Both the position numbers and the translations under genes were made by a program. 64,000 nt of DNA from Camelus dromedarius (Eukaryota). The stretch lies in assembly GCF_036321535.1 (NCBI RefSeq), contig NC_087436.1, positions 1,550,001 to 1,614,000 on the forward strand, read 5' to 3'. Below the pieces are notes generated by a model that saw nothing but the letters and a program-made list of their open reading frames with translations, made no database searches and was not told the DNA's origin. Positions 25,951 through 41,130 of this stretch are shown here, in pieces (position 1 is the stretch's first letter; each line of letters begins with the position of its first letter).

Positions 25951-28900
25951 CAGAACTGAGCATGTGGAGAGACGTTCGTTCATCTAGCACAAAGGGAACG
26001 GTTTGCAGGAGAAACTTTTACTCTGGTTTCTCAGTCTGTTTCCTAGTAACGGTTTGAATTTCCTGCATTTTTCACTGTAAAACCGAGTTGGAGCTTGTAC
26101 CTCCCCATATATATATATGGAGTGGAGTTTGCAACTTAAAAGAAACTTTGTATTCCCAACAAGTTAGGTGAAGGACGGCTTTCACACACACTTATCTCTC
26201 AGAACTGAGCATGTGGAGAGACGTTCGTTCATCTAGCACAAAGGGTATGTGTTGCAGGAGAAACTATTACTCTGTTTTCTCAGTGTGTTTCCTAGTGCCA
26301 GTTTGAATTTCCTGCAGTTTTCACTGTAAAACAGAGTTGGAGTTATTACCTCCCCATATATATGTATGGAGTGGAGTTTGCAACTGAAAAGAATCTTTGT
26401 GTTCCCAACAAGCTAGGTGAAGTACGGCTTTCACACACAATTATCTCTCAGAACTGCGCATGTGGAGAGACGTTCGTTCATCTAGCACAAAGGGAACGGG
26501 TTGCAGGAGAAACTTTTACTCTGGTTTCTCAGTCTGTTTCCTAGTGCCGATTTGAAGTTCCAGCAGTTTTCACTGTAAAACCGAGATGGTGCTAGTACCT
26601 CCTCATATATATGTATGGAGTGGAGTTTGCAACTGAAAAGAAACTTTGTGTTCCTAACAAGAAAGGTGAAGGACGGCTTTCATACACACTTATCTCTCAG
26701 AACTGAGCATGTGGAGTGACGTTCGTTCATCTAGCACAAATGGAACGGGTTGCAGGTGATACTTTTACTCTGGTTTCTCCGTCTGTTTCCTACTGCCGGT
26801 TTGAAGTTCCTGCAGTTTACACTGTAAAACTGAGTTGGAGCTAGTACCTACCCATATATATGTATGGAGTGGAGTTTGCAACTGAAAAGAAACATTGTGT
26901 TCCCAACAAGCTAGGTGAAGTGCGGCTTTCACACACACTTATCTCTCAGAACTGAGTATGTGGAGAGACGATCGTTCATCAAGCAAAATAGGAACGGGTT
27001 GCAGGAGAAACTTTTACTCTGGTTTCTCAGTCTGATTCTTAGTGCCGTTTTGAAGTTCCTGCAGTTTTCACTTTAAAAACGAATTGGAGCTAGTACCTAC
27101 CCATATATATGTATGGAGTGGAGTTTGCAACTGAAAAGAATCTTTGTGTTCCCAACAAGCTAGGTGAAGGACGGATTTCACACACACTTATCTCTCAGAA
27201 CTGAGCATGTGGAGAGACGTTCGTTCATCTAGCAAAAAGGGAACTGGTTGCAGCTGAAAATTTTACTCTGGTTTCTCAGACTGTTTCCTACGGCCTGTTT
27301 GAATTTCCTGCAGTTTTCACTGTAAAATCGAGTTGGAGCTAGTACCTCCCCATATATATGTATGGAGTGGAGTTTGCAACTGAAAAGAAACTTTGTGTTC
27401 AGTACAAGCTAGGTGAAGGACGGCTTTCATACACACTTATCTCTCAGAACTGAGCATGTGGAGAGACCTTCGTTTATCTAGCACAAAGTGTATGGGTTGC
27501 AGGAGAAACTATTACTCTGGTTTCTCTGTGTTTTTCCTAGTGCCAGTTTGAATTTCCTGCAGTTTTCTCTGTAAAATAGAGTTGGAGTTATTACCTCCCA
27601 ATATATATGTATGGAGTGGAGTTTGCAACTGAAAAGAAACTTTGTGTTCCCAACAAGCTAGGTGAAGGACGGCTTTCACACACACTTATCTCTCAGAACT
27701 GAGCATGTGGAGAGACGTTCGTTCATGTAGCACAAATGGAAAGGGTTGCAGGAGAAACTTTTACTCTGGTTTCTCAGTCTGTTTCCTACTGCCGGTTTGA
27801 TGTTCCTGCAGTTTTCACTGTAAAACCGAGTTGGAGCTCGTACCTCCCCATATATATGTAAGGAGTGATGTTTGCAAGTGAAAAGAAACTTTGTGTTCCC
27901 AGCAAGCTAGGTGAAGGATGGCTTTCAAACACACTTATCTCTGAGAACTGAGCATGTGGAGAGACGTTCGTTCATCTAGCACAAAGGGAACGGTTTGCAG
28001 GAGAAACTTATACTCTGGTTTCTCAGTCTGTTTCCTACTGCCTGTTTGAAGTTCCTGCACTTTTCACTGTAAACCGAGTTGGAGCTCGTACCTCCCCATA
28101 TATATGTATGGAGTGGAGTTTGTAAGTGAAAAGAAACTTTGTGTTCCCAACAATCTAGGTTAATGATGGCTTTCAAACACACTTATCTCTGAGAACTGAG
28201 CATGTGGAGAGACGTTCGTTCATCTAGCACATAGGGAACTGTTTGAAGGAGAAAATTTTACTCTCGATTCTCTGTCTGATTCCTACTGCCGGTTTGAAGT
28301 TAGTGCAGTTTTCACTGTAAAACTGAGTTGAAGTTAGAACCTCCCCATATATATGTATGGAGTGTAGTTTGCAACTGAAAAGAAACTTTGTGTTCCCAAC
28401 AAGCTATGTGAAGGACGGCTTTCACACACACTTATCTCTCAAAACTGAGCATGTGGAGAGACGTATGTTCATCTAGCACAAAGGGAAAGGTTTGCAGGAG
28501 AAACTTTTCCTCAGGTTTCTCAGTCTGTTTCCTAATGCCGGTTTGAAGTTCTTGCAGGTTTCACTGTAAAACCGAGTTTGAGCTAGTACCTCCCAATATA
28601 TATGTATGGAGTGGGGTTTCAACTGAAAAGAAACTTTGTGTTCCCAACAAGCTAGCTGAAGGCGGCTTTAACACACACTTATCTCTCAGAACAGAGCATG
28701 TGGAGAGACGTTTGTTCATCTAGCACAAATGGAACGGGTTGCAGGAGAAAATTTTAGTCTGGTTTCTCAGTCTGTTTCCTAGTGCCGGTTTGAAGTTCCT
28801 GCAGTTTTCTCTGTAAAACCGAGTTGGAGCTAGTACCTCCCCATATATATGTATGGATTGGATTTGCAACTGAAAAGAAACTTTGTGTTCCCAACAAGCT

Positions 28901-31900
28901 AGGTGAACGACGGCTTTCACACACACTTATCTCTCAGAAATGACCATGTGGAGAGACTTTCGTTCATCTAGCACAAAGGGAACGGGTTGCAGGAGAAACT
29001 TTTACTCTGGTTTCTCAGTCTGTTTCCTACTGCCGGTTTGAAGTTCCTGCAGTTTTCACTGTATAACCGATTTGGAGCTAGTACCTCCCCATATATATGT
29101 ATGGAGTGGAGTTTGCAAGTGAAAAGAAACATTGTGTTCCCAACAAGCTAAGTGAAGAACGGCTTTCACACACACTTATCTCTCAGAACTTAGCATGTGG
29201 AGAGACGTTCGTACATCTAGCACAATCGGAACGGGTTGCAGGAGAAACTTTTACTCTGGTTTCTCAGTCTGTTTCCTAGTGCCGGTTTGAAGTTCCTGCA
29301 GTTTTCACTGTAAAAGCGAGTTGAAGTTAGTACATCCCCATATATATGTATGGATTGGACTTTGCAACTGAAAAGAATTTTTGTGTTCCCAACAAGCTAG
29401 GTGAAGGACGGCTTTCACACACACTTATCTCTCAGAACTGAGCATGTGGAGAGACGTTCATTCATCTAGCACAAATGGAACGGGTTGCAGGAGGAACTTT
29501 TACTCTGGTTTCTCAGTCTGTTTCCTACTGTCTGTTTGAAGTTCCTGCAGTTTTCACTGTAAAACCGAGTTGGAGCTAGTACCTACCCTTTTATATGTAT
29601 GGAGTGGAGTTTGCAACTGAAAAGAAACTTTGTATTCAGTACAAGCTAGGTGAAGGACGGCTTTCACACACACTTATCTCTCAGATCTGAGCATGTGGAG
29701 AGACGTTAGTTCATCTAGCACAAATGAAATGGGTTGTAGTAGAAACTTTTACTCAGGATTCTCAGTCTGTTTCCTAGTGCCGGTTTGATGTTCCTGCAGT
29801 TTTCACTGTAAAACAGAGTTGGAGCTATTACCTCCCCATATATATGTATGGAGCGGAGTTTGCAACTGAAAAGATACTTGTGTTCAGAAAAATCTAGGTG
29901 AAAGACGGCTTTCACACGCATTTATCTCTCAGAACTGAGCATGTGGAGAGACGTACGTTCATCTAGCATAAAGGGAAAGGGATGGAGGTGAAACTTTTTC
30001 TCTGGTTTCTCAGTCTGTTTCCTAGTGCCGGTTTGAAGTTCTAGCAGTTTTCACTGTAAATCCGATTTGGTGCTAGTACCACCCCATTTATATGTATGGA
30101 GTGGAGTTTGCAACTGAAAAGAAACTTTGTGTTCCCAACAAGCTAGGTGAAGGACGGATTTCACACACAATTATCTCTCAGAACTGAGCATGTGGAGTGA
30201 CGTTCGTTCATCTAGCACAAAGGAAACTCTTTTCAGGAGAAACTTGTACTCTGGTTTCTCAGTCTGTTTCCTAGTGCCAGTTTGAAGTTCCTGCATTTTT
30301 CACTGTAAAACCGATTTGGAGCTAGTACCTCCCCATATATATTTATGGAGTGGAGTTTGCAAGTGAAAAGAAACATTGTGTTCCCCACAAGCTAAGGGAA
30401 GGACGGCTTTCACACACACTTATCTCTCAGAACTGAGCATGTGGAGAGACGTTCGTTCATCTAGCAATAGGAACGGGTTTCAGGAGAAACTTTTACTCTG
30501 GTTTCTTAGTCTGTTTCCTAGTGCCGGCTTTAAGTTCCTGCAGTTTTCACTGTAAAACGAGTTGGAGTTTGTACCTCCCCATATATATGTACTGATAGCA
30601 GTTTGCAACTGAAAAGAAACTTTGTGTTCCCAACAACCTAGTTGAAGAACGGCTTTCACACACAATTATCTCTCAGAACTGAGCATGTGGAGAGACGTTC
30701 GTTCATCTAGCACAAAGGGAATTTGTTGCAGGAGAAACTTTTACTCTGGTTTCTCAGTCTGTTTCCTACTGACGGTTTGAATTTCCTGCAGTTTTCACTG
30801 TAAAACGGATTTGAAGCTAGTACCTCCCCATATATATATATGGAGTGGAATTTGCAACTGAAAAGAAACTTTGTGTTCCCAACAAGCTAGGTGAAGGACG
30901 GCTTTCACACACACTTATCTCTCAGAACTGAGCATGTGGAGAGACTTTCGTTCATCTAGCACAAAGGAAACGCGTTGCAATTGAAAATTTTACTCTGGTT
31001 TCTCAGACTGTTTCCTACTGCCGGTATGAAGTTCCTGCAATTTTCACTGTAAAAACGAGTTGGAGCTAGTACCTCCCCATATATATTTATTGAGTGGAGT
31101 TTGCAACTGAAAAGAAACTTTGTGTTCCCAACAATCTAGGTGAAGGACGGATTTCACACACACTTATCTCTCAGAATTGAGCATGTGGAGAGACGTTCGT
31201 TCATCTAGCACAAAGGGAATGGGTTGCAGGTGAAACTTTTACTCTGGTTTCTCAGTCTGTTTCCTAGTGCCGGTTTGAACTTCCTGCAGTATTCACTGTA
31301 AAACAGATTTGGAGCTAGTACCTCCCCATATATATATATGGAGTGGAGTTTGCAACTTAAAAGAAACTTTGTGTTCCCAACAAGTTAGGTGAAGGACGGC
31401 TTTCACACACACTTTTCTCTCAGAACTGAGCATGTGGAGAGACGTTCGTTTATCTAGCACAAAGGGTATGGGTTGCAGGAGAAACTATTACTCTGGTTTC
31501 TCAGTGTGTTTCCTAGTGCCAGTTTGAATTTCCTGCAGTTTTCACTGTAAAACAGAGTTGGAGTTATTACCTCCCCATATATATGTATGGAGTGGAATTT
31601 GCAACTGAAAAGAAACTTTGTGTTCCCAACAAGCTAGGTGAAGGACGGCTTTCACACACAATTTTCTCTCAGAACTGAGCATGTGGAGAGACGTTCGTTC
31701 ATCTAGCACAAAGGGAACGGGTTGCAGGTGAAACTTTTACTCTGGTTTCTCAGTCTGTTTCCTAGTGCCGATTTGAAGTTCCAGCAGTTTTCACTGTAAA
31801 ACAGAGATGCTGTTATTACCTCCTCATATATATGTATGGAGTGGAGTTTGCAACTGAAAAGAAACTTTGTGTTCCTAACAAGCTAGGTGAAGTTCGGCTT

Positions 31901-32437
31901 TCATACACACTTATCTCTCAGAACTGAGCATGTGGAGTGACGTTCGTTCATCTAGCACAAATGGAACGGGTTGCAGGAGAAACTTTTACTCTGGTTTCTC
32001 AGTCTGTTTCCTACTGCCGGTTTGATGTTCCTGCAGATTTCACTGTAAAACCGAGTGGAGCTCGTACCTCCCCATATATATGTATGGAGTGGTGTTTGCA
32101 AGTGAAAAGAAACTTTGTGTTCCCAACAAGCTAGGTGAAGGATGGCTTTCATACACACTTATCTCTGAGAACTGAGCATGTGGAAAGACGTTCGTTCATC
32201 TAGCACAAAGGGAACTGTTTGAAGGAGAAACTTTTACTCTGGTTTCTCTGTATGTTTCCTACTGCCGGTTTGAAGTTCCTGCAATTTTCACTGTAAAACC
32301 GTGTTGGAGCTTGTACCTCCCCATATATATGTATGGAATGGAGTTTGCAACTGAAAAGAAACTTTATGTTCCCAACAAGCTAGGTGAAGGACGGCTTTCA
32401 CACACACTTATCTCTCAGAACTGAGCATGTGGAGAGA

Positions 32438-35400
32438 CGATCGTTCATCTAGCACAAAGGGAACGGGTTGCAGGAGAAACTTTTACTCTGGTTTCTCAGT
32501 CTGTATCCTAGTACCGGTTTGAAGTTCCTGCAGTTTTAACTGTAAACAGATTTGGAGATAGTACATCCCCATATATATGTATGGAGTGGAATTTGCAACT
32601 GGAAAGGAACTTTGTGTTCAGTACAAGCTAGGTGAAGGACGGTTTCATACACAATTATCTCTCATAACTGAGCATGTGGAGAGACGTTCGTTCATCTAAC
32701 ACAAAGGGAACGGTTTGCAGGAGAAACTTTTACTCTGGTTTCTCAGTCTGTTTCTTAGTAACGGTTTGAATTTCCTGCATTTTTCACTGTAAAACCGAGT
32801 TGGAGCTAGTACCTCCCCATATATATATATGGAGTGGAGCTTGCAACTTAAAAGAAACTTTGTGTTCCCAACAAGTTAGGTGAAGGACGGCTTTCACACA
32901 CACTTATCTCTCAGAACTGAGCATGTGGAGAGACGTTCGTTTATCTAGAACAAAGGGTATGGGTTGCAGGAGAAACTATTTCTCTGGTTTCTCAGTGTGT
33001 TTCCTAGTGCCATTTTGAATTTCCTGCAGTTTTCACTGTAAAACAGAGTTGGAGTTATTACCTCCCCATATATATGTATGGAGTGGAGTTTGCAACTGAA
33101 AATAAACTTTGTGTTCCCAACAAGCTAGGTGAAGGACGGCTTTCACACACAATTATCTCTCAGAACTGAGCATGTGGAGAGAAGTTCGTTCATCTAGCAC
33201 AAAGGGAACTGTTTGAAGGAGAAACTTTTACTCTGGTTTCTCAGTCTGTTTCCTACTGACGGTTTGAATTTCCTGCAGTTTTCACTGTAAAACGGATTTG
33301 GAGCTAGTACCTCCCCATATATATATATGGAGTGGAATTTTTAACTGAAAAGAAACTTTGTGTTCCCAACAAGCTAGGTGAAGGACGGCTTTCACACACA
33401 CTTATCTCTCAGAACTGAGCATGTGGAGAGACTTTCGTTCATCTAGCACAAAGGGAACGTGTTGCAAGTGAAAATTTTACTCTGGTTTCTCAGACTGTTT
33501 CCTACTGCCTGTTTGAAGTTCCTGCATTTTTCACTGTAAAACCGAGTTGGAGCTAGTACCTCCCCATATATATGTATGGAGTGGAGTTTGCAACTGAAAA
33601 GAAACTTTGTGTTCCCAACAATCTAGGTGAAGAACGGATTTCACACACACTTATCTCTCAGAATTGAGCATGTGGAGAGACGTTCGTTCATCTAGCACAA
33701 AGGGAATGGGTTGCAGGTGAAACTATTACTCTGGTTTCTCAGTCTGTTTCCTAGTGCCGGTTTGAACTTAATGCAGTATTCACTGTAAAACAGATTTGGA
33801 GCTAGTACCTCCCCATATATATATATGGAGTGGAGTTTGCAACTTAAAAGAAACTTTGTGTTCCCAACAAGTTAGGTGAAGGACGGCTTTCACACACACT
33901 TATCTCTCAGAACTGAGCATGTGGAGAGACGATCGTTCATCTAGCACAAAGGGAACGGGTTGCAGGAGAAACTTTTACTCTGGTTTCTCAGTCTGTATCC
34001 TAGTACCGGTTTGAAGTTCCTGCAGTTTTAACTGTAAACAGATTTGGAGATAGTACATCCCCATATATATGTATGGAGTGGAATTTGCAACTGGAAAGGA
34101 ACTTTGTGTTCAGTACAAGCTAGGTGAAGGACGGTTTCATACACAATTATCTCTCATAACTGAGCATGTGGAGAGACGTTCGTTCATCTAACACAAAGGG
34201 AACGGTTTGCAGGAGAAACTTTTACTCTGGTTTCTCAGTCTGTTTCTTAGTAACGGTTTGAATTTCCTGCATTTTTCACTGTAAAACCGAGTTGGAGCTA
34301 GTACCTCCCCATATATATATATGGAGTGGAGCTTGCAACTTAAAAGAAACTTTGTGTTCCCAACAAGTTAGGTGAAGGTCGGCTTTCACACACACTTATC
34401 TCTCAGAACTGAGCATGTGGAGAGACGTTCGTTTATCTAGAACAAAGGGTATGGGTTGCAGGAGAAACTATTTCTCTGGTTTCTCAGTGTGTTTCCTAGT
34501 GCCATTTTGAATTTCCTGCAGTTTTCACTGTAAAACAGAGTTGGAGTTATTACCTCCCCATATATATGTATGGAGTGGAGTTTGCAACTGAAAAGAAACT
34601 TTGTGTTCCCAACAAGCTAGGTGAAGGACGGCTTTCACACACAATTATCTCTCAGAACTGAGCATGTGGAGAGAAGTTCGTTCATCTAGCACAAAGGGAA
34701 CGGGTTGCAGGAGAAACTTTTACTCTGGTTTCTCAGTCTGTTTCCTAGTGCCGATTTGAAGTTCCAGCAGTTTTCACTGTAAAACAGAGATGGTGTTAGT
34801 ACCTCCTCATATATATGTATGGAGTGGATTTTGCAACTGAAAAGAAACTTTGTGTTCCTAACAAGCTAGGTGAAGTTCGGCTTTCATACACACTTATCTC
34901 TCAGAACTGAGCATGTGGAGTGACGTTCGTTCATCTAGCACAAATGGAACGGGTTTCAGGAGAAATTTTACTCTGGTTTCTCAGTCTGTTTCCTACTGCC
35001 GGTTTGATGTTCCTGCAGTTTTCACTGTAAAACCGAGTTGGAGCTCGTACCTCCCCATATATATGTATGGAGTGGTGTTTACAAGTGAAAAGAAACTTTG
35101 TGTTCCCAACAAGCTAGGTGAAGGATGGCTTTCAAACACACTTATCTCTGAGAACTGAGCATGTGGAAAGACGTTCGTTCATCTAGCACAAAGGGAACTG
35201 GTTGAAGGAGAAACTTTTACTCTGGTTTCTCTGTATGTTTCCTACTGCCGGTTTGAATTTCGTGCAGTATTCACTGTAAAACCGAGTTGGAGCTTGTACC
35301 TCCCCATATATATGTATGGAGTAGAGTTTGCAACTGAAAAGAATCTTTGTGTTCCAAACAAGCTAGGTGAAGGACGGCTTTCACACACAATTATCTCTAC

Positions 35401-38400
35401 GAACTGAGCATGTGGAGAGACTTTCGTTCATCTAGCACAAAGGGAACGGGTTGCAGGAGAATCTTATACTCTGGTTTCTCAGTCTGTTTCCTACTGCCGT
35501 TTTGAAGTTCCTGCAGTTTTCACTGTAAAACCGAGTGGGAGCTCGTACCTCCCCATATATATGTATGGAGAGGTGTTTGCAAGTGAAAAGAAACTTTGTG
35601 TTCTCAACAAGCTAGGTGAAGGATGGCTTTCAAACACACTTATCTCTGAGAACTGAGCATGTGGAGAGAAGTTCGTTCATCTAGCACAAAGGGAACTGTT
35701 TGAAGGAGAAACTTTTACTCTGGTTTCTCTGTCTGTTTCCTACTGACGGTTTGAAGTTCCTGCAGTTTTCACTGTAAAACCGAGTTGGAGCTAGTACCTC
35801 CCCATATATATTTATGGAGTGGAGTTTGCAAGTGAAAAGAAACATTGTGATCCCAACAAGCTAGGTGAATTAAGGCTTTCACACACACTTATCTCTCAGA
35901 ACTGAGCATGTGGAGAGACGATCGTTCATCTAGCACAAAGGGAACGGGTTGCAGGAGAAACTTTTACTCTGGTTTCTCAGTCTGTATCCTAGTACCGTTT
36001 TGAAGTTCCTGCAGTTTTCACTGTGAACAGATTTGGAGATAGTACATCCCCATATATATGTATGGAGTGGAATTTGCAACTGGAAAGGAACTTTGTGTTC
36101 AGTACAAGCTAGGTGAAGGACGGTTTCATACACAATTATCTCTCATAACTGAGCATGTGGAGAGACGTTCGTTCATCTAACACAAAGGGAACGGTTTGCA
36201 GGAGAAACTTTTACTCTGGTTTCTCAGTCTGTTTCTTAGTAACGGTTTGAATTTCCTGCATTTTTCACTGTAAAACCGAGTTGGAGCTAGTACCTCCCCA
36301 TATATATATATGGAGTGGAGCTTGCAACTTAAAAGAAACTTTGTGTTCCCAACAAGTTAGGTGAAGGACGGCTTTCACACACACTTATCTCTCAGAACTG
36401 AGCATGTGGAGAGACGTTCGTTTATCTAGAACAAAGGGTATGGGTTGCAGGAGAAACTATTTCTCTGGTTTCTCAGTGTGTTTCCTAGTGCCATTTTGAA
36501 TTTCCTGCAGTTTTCACTGTAAAACAGAGTTGGAGTTATTACCTCCCCATATATATGTATGGAGTGGAGTTTGCAACTGAAAAGAAACTTTGTGTTCCCA
36601 ACAAGCTAGGTGAAGGACGGCTTTCACACACAATTATCTCTCAGAACTGAGCATGTGGAGAGAAGTTCGTTCATCTAGCACAAAGGGAACGGGTTGCAGG
36701 AGAAACTTTTACTCTGGTTTCTCAGTCTGTTTCCTAGTGCCGATTTGAAGTTCCAGCAGTTTTCACTGTAAAACAGAGATGGTGTTAGTACCTCCTCATA
36801 TATATGTATGGAGTGGATTTTGCAACTGAAAAGAAACTTTGTGTTCCTAACAAGCTAGGTGAAGTTCGGCTTTCATACACACTTATCTCTCAGAACTGAG
36901 CATGTGGAGTGACGTTCGTTCATCTAGCACAAATGGAACGGGTTTCAGGAGAAATTTTACTCTGGTTTCTCAGTCTGTTTCCTACTGCCGGTTTGATGTT
37001 CCTGCAGTTTTCACTGTAAAACCGAGTTGGAGCTCGTACCTCCCCATATATATGTATGGAGTGGTGTTTACAAGTGAAAAGAAACTTTGTGTTCCCAACA
37101 AGCTAGGTGAAGGATGGCTTTCAAACACACTTATCTCTGAGAACTGAGCATGTGGAGAGAAGTTCGTTCATCTAGCACAAAGGGAACTGTTTGAAGGAGA
37201 AACTTTTACTCTGGTTTCTCAGTCTGTTTCCTACTGACGGTTTGAATTTCCTGCAGTTTTCACTGTAAAACGGATTTGGAGCTAGTACCTCCCCATATAT
37301 ATATATGGAGTGGAATTTTTAACTGAAAAGAATCTTTGTGTTCCCAACAAGCTAGGTGAAGGACGGCTTTCACACACACTTATCTCTCAGAACTGAGCAT
37401 GTGGAGAGACTTTCGTTCATCTAGCACAAAGGGAACGTGTTGCAAGTGAAAATTTTACTCTGGTTTCTCAGTCCTTTTCCTAGTGCCTGTTTGAAGTTCC
37501 TGCATTTTTCACTGTAAAACCAAGTTGGAGCTAGTACCTCCCCATATATATGTATGGAGTGGAGTTTGCAACTGAAAAGAAACTTTGTGTTCCCAACAAT
37601 CTAGGTGAAGAACGGATTTCACACACACTTATCTCTCAGAATTGAGCATGTGGAGAGACGTTCGTTCATCTAGCACAAAGGGAATGGGTTGCAGGTGAAA
37701 CTATTACTCTGGTTTCTCAGTCTGTTTCCTAGTGCCGGTTTGAACTTAATGCAGTATTCACTGTAAAACAGATTTGGAGCTAGTACCTCCCCATATATAT
37801 ATATGGAGTGGAGTTTGCAACTTAAAAGAAACTTTGTGTTCCCAACAAGTTAGGTGAAGGACGGCTTTCACACACACTTATCTCTCAGAACTGAGCATGT
37901 GGAGAGACGATCGTTCATCTAGCACAAAGGGAACGGGTTGCAGGAGAAACTTTTACTCTGGTTTCTCAGTCTGTATCCTAGTACCGTTTTGAAGTTCCTG
38001 CAGTTTTCACTGTAAACAGATTTGGAGATAGTACATCCCCATATATATGTATGGAGTGGAATTTGCAACTGGAAAGGAACTTTGTGTTCAGTACAAGCTA
38101 GGTGAAGGACGGTTTCATACACAATTATCTCTCATAACTGAGCATGTGGAGAGACGTTCGTTCATCTAACACAAAGGGAACGGTTTGCAGGAGAAACTTT
38201 TACTCTGGTTTCTCAGTCTGTTTCTTAGTAACGGTTTGAATTTCCTGCATTTTTCACTGTAAAACCGAGTTGGAGCTAGTACCTCCCCATATATATATAT
38301 GGAGTGGAGCTTGCAACTTAAAAGAAACTTTGTGTTCCCAACAAGTTAGGTGAAGGACGGCTTTCACACACACTTATCTCTCAGAACTGAGCATGTGGAG

Positions 38401-41130
38401 AGACGTTCGTTTATCTAGAACAAAGGGTATGGGTTGCAGGAGAAACTATTTCTCTGGTTTCTCAGTGTGTTTCCTAGTGCCATTTTGAATTTCCTGCAGT
38501 TTTCACTGTAAAACAGAGTTGGAGTTATTACCTCCCCATATATATGTATGGAGTGGAGTTTGCAACTGAAAAGAAACTTTGTGTTCCCAACAAGCTAGGT
38601 GAAGGACGGCTTTCACACACAATTATCTCTCAGAACTGAGCATGTGGAGAGAAGTTCGTTCATCTAGCACAAAGGGAACGGGTTGCAGGAGAAACTTTTA
38701 CTCTGGTTTCTCAGTCTGTTTCCTAGTGCCGATTTGAAGTTCCAGCAGTTTTCACTGTAAAACAGAGATGGTGTTAGTACCTCCTCATATATATGTATGG
38801 AGTGGATTTTGCAACTGAAAAGAAACTTTGTGTTCCTAACAAGCTAGGTGAAGTTCGGCTTTCATACACACTTATCTCTCAGAACTGAGCATGTGGAGTG
38901 ACGTTCGTTCATCTAGCACAAATGGAACGGGTTTCAGGAGAAATTTTACTCTGGTTTCTCAGTCTGTTTCCTACTGCCGGTTTGATGTTCCTGCAGTTTT
39001 CACTGTAAAACCGAGTTGGAGCTCGTACCTCCCCATATATATGTATGGAGTGGTGTTTACAAGTGAAAAGAAACTTTGTGTTCCCAACAAGCTAGGTGAA
39101 GGATGGCTTTCAAACACACTTATCTCTGAGAACTGAGCATGTGGAGAGAAGTTCGTTCATCTAGCACAAAGGGAACTGTTTGAAGGAGAAACTTTTACTC
39201 TGGTTTCTCAGTCTGTTTCCTACTGACGGTTTGAATTTCCTGCAGTTTTCACTGTAAAACGGATTTGGAGCTAGTACCTCCCCATATATATATATGGAGT
39301 GGAATTTTTAACTGAAAAGAATCTTTGTGTTCCCAACAAGCTAGGTGAAGGACGGCTTTCACACACACTTATCTCTCAGAACTGAGCATGTGGAGAGACT
39401 TTCGTTCATCTAGCACAAAGGGAACGTGTTGCAAGTGAAAATTTTACTCTGGTTTCTCAGACTGTTTCCTAGTGCCTGTTTGAAGTTCCTGCATTTTTCA
39501 CTGTAAAACCAAGTTGGAGCTAGTACCTCCCCATATATATGTATGGAGTGGAGTTTGCAACTGAAAAGAAACTTTGTGTTCCCAACAATCTAGGTGAAGA
39601 ACGGATTTCACACACACTTATCTCTCAGAATTGAGCATGTGGAGAGACGTTCGTTCATCTAGCACAAAGGGAATGGGTTGCAGGTGAAACTATTACTCTG
39701 GTTTCTCAGTCTGTTTCCTAGTGCCGGTTTGAACTTAATGCAGTATTCACTGTAAAACAGATTTGGAGCTAGTACCTCCCCATATATATATATGGAGTGG
39801 AGTTTGCAACTTAAAAGAAACTTTGTGTTCCCAACAAGTTAGGTGAAGGACGGCTTTCACACACACTTATCTCTCAGAACTGAGCATGTGGAGAGACGAT
39901 CGTTCATCTAGCACAAAGGGAACGGGTTGCAGGAGAAACTTTTACTCTGGTTTCTCAGTCTGTATCCTAGTACCGGTTTGAAGTTCCTGCAGTTTTAACT
40001 GTAAACAGATTTGGAGATAGTACATCCCCATATATATGTATGGAGTGGAATTTGCAACTGGAAAGGAACTTTGTGTTCAGTACAAGCTAGGTGAAGGACG
40101 GTTTCATACACAATTATCTCTCATAACTGAGCATGTGGAGAGACGTTCGTTCATCTAACACAAAGGGAACGGTTTGCAGGAGAAACTTTTACTCTGGTTT
40201 CTCAGTCTGTTTCTTAGTAACGGTTTGAATTTCCTGCATTTTTCACTGTAAAACCGAGTTGGAGCTAGTACCTCCCCATATATATATATGGAGTGGAGCT
40301 TACAACTTAAAAGAAACTTTGTGTTCCCAACAAGTTAGGTGAAGGACGGCTTTCACACACACTTATCTTTCAGAACTGAGCATGTGGAGAGACGTTCGTT
40401 TATCTAGAACAAAGGGTATGGGTTGCAGGAGAAACTATTTCTCTGGTTTCTCAGTGTGTTTCCTAGTGCCATTTTGAATTTCCTGCAGTTTTCACTGTAA
40501 AACAGAGTTGGAGTTATTACCTCCCCATATATATGTATGGAGTGGAGTTTGCAACTGAAAAGAAACTTTGTGTTCCCAACAAGCTAGGTGAAGGACGGCT
40601 TTCACACACAATTATCTCTCAGAACTGAGCATGTGGAGAGAAGTTCGTTCATCTAGCACAAAGGGAACGGGTTGCAGGAGAAACTTTTACTCTGGTTTCT
40701 CAGTCTGTTTCCTAGTGCCGATTTGAAGTTCCAGCAGTTTTCACTGTAAAACAGAGATGGTGTTAGTACCTCCTCATATATATGTATGGAGTGGATTTTG
40801 CAACTGAAAAGAAACTTTGTGTTCCTAACAAGCTAGGTGAAGTTCGGCTTTCATACACACTTATCTCTCAGAACTGAGCATGTGGAGTGACGTTCGTTCA
40901 TCTAGCACAAATGGAACGGGTTTCAGGAGAAATTTTACTCTGGGTTCTCAGTCTGTTTCCTACTGCCGGTTTGATGTTCCTGCAGTTTTCACTGTAAAAC
41001 CGAGTTGGAGCTCGTACCTCCCCATATATATGTATGGAGTGGTGTTTACAAGTGAAAAGAAACTTTGTGTTCCCAACAAGCTAGGTGAAGGATGGCTTTC
41101 AAACACACTTATCTCTGAGAACTGAGCATG
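32438..41130 (+). repeat. Homogeneous 6/8-mer HOR tract (1989-bp period)
   Basis: CGATCG marker at 32438, 33930, 35919, 37908 and 39897 (spacings 1492, 1989, 1989, 1989). ORFs at 34913, 36902, 38891 and 40880. Confidence 0.93.
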
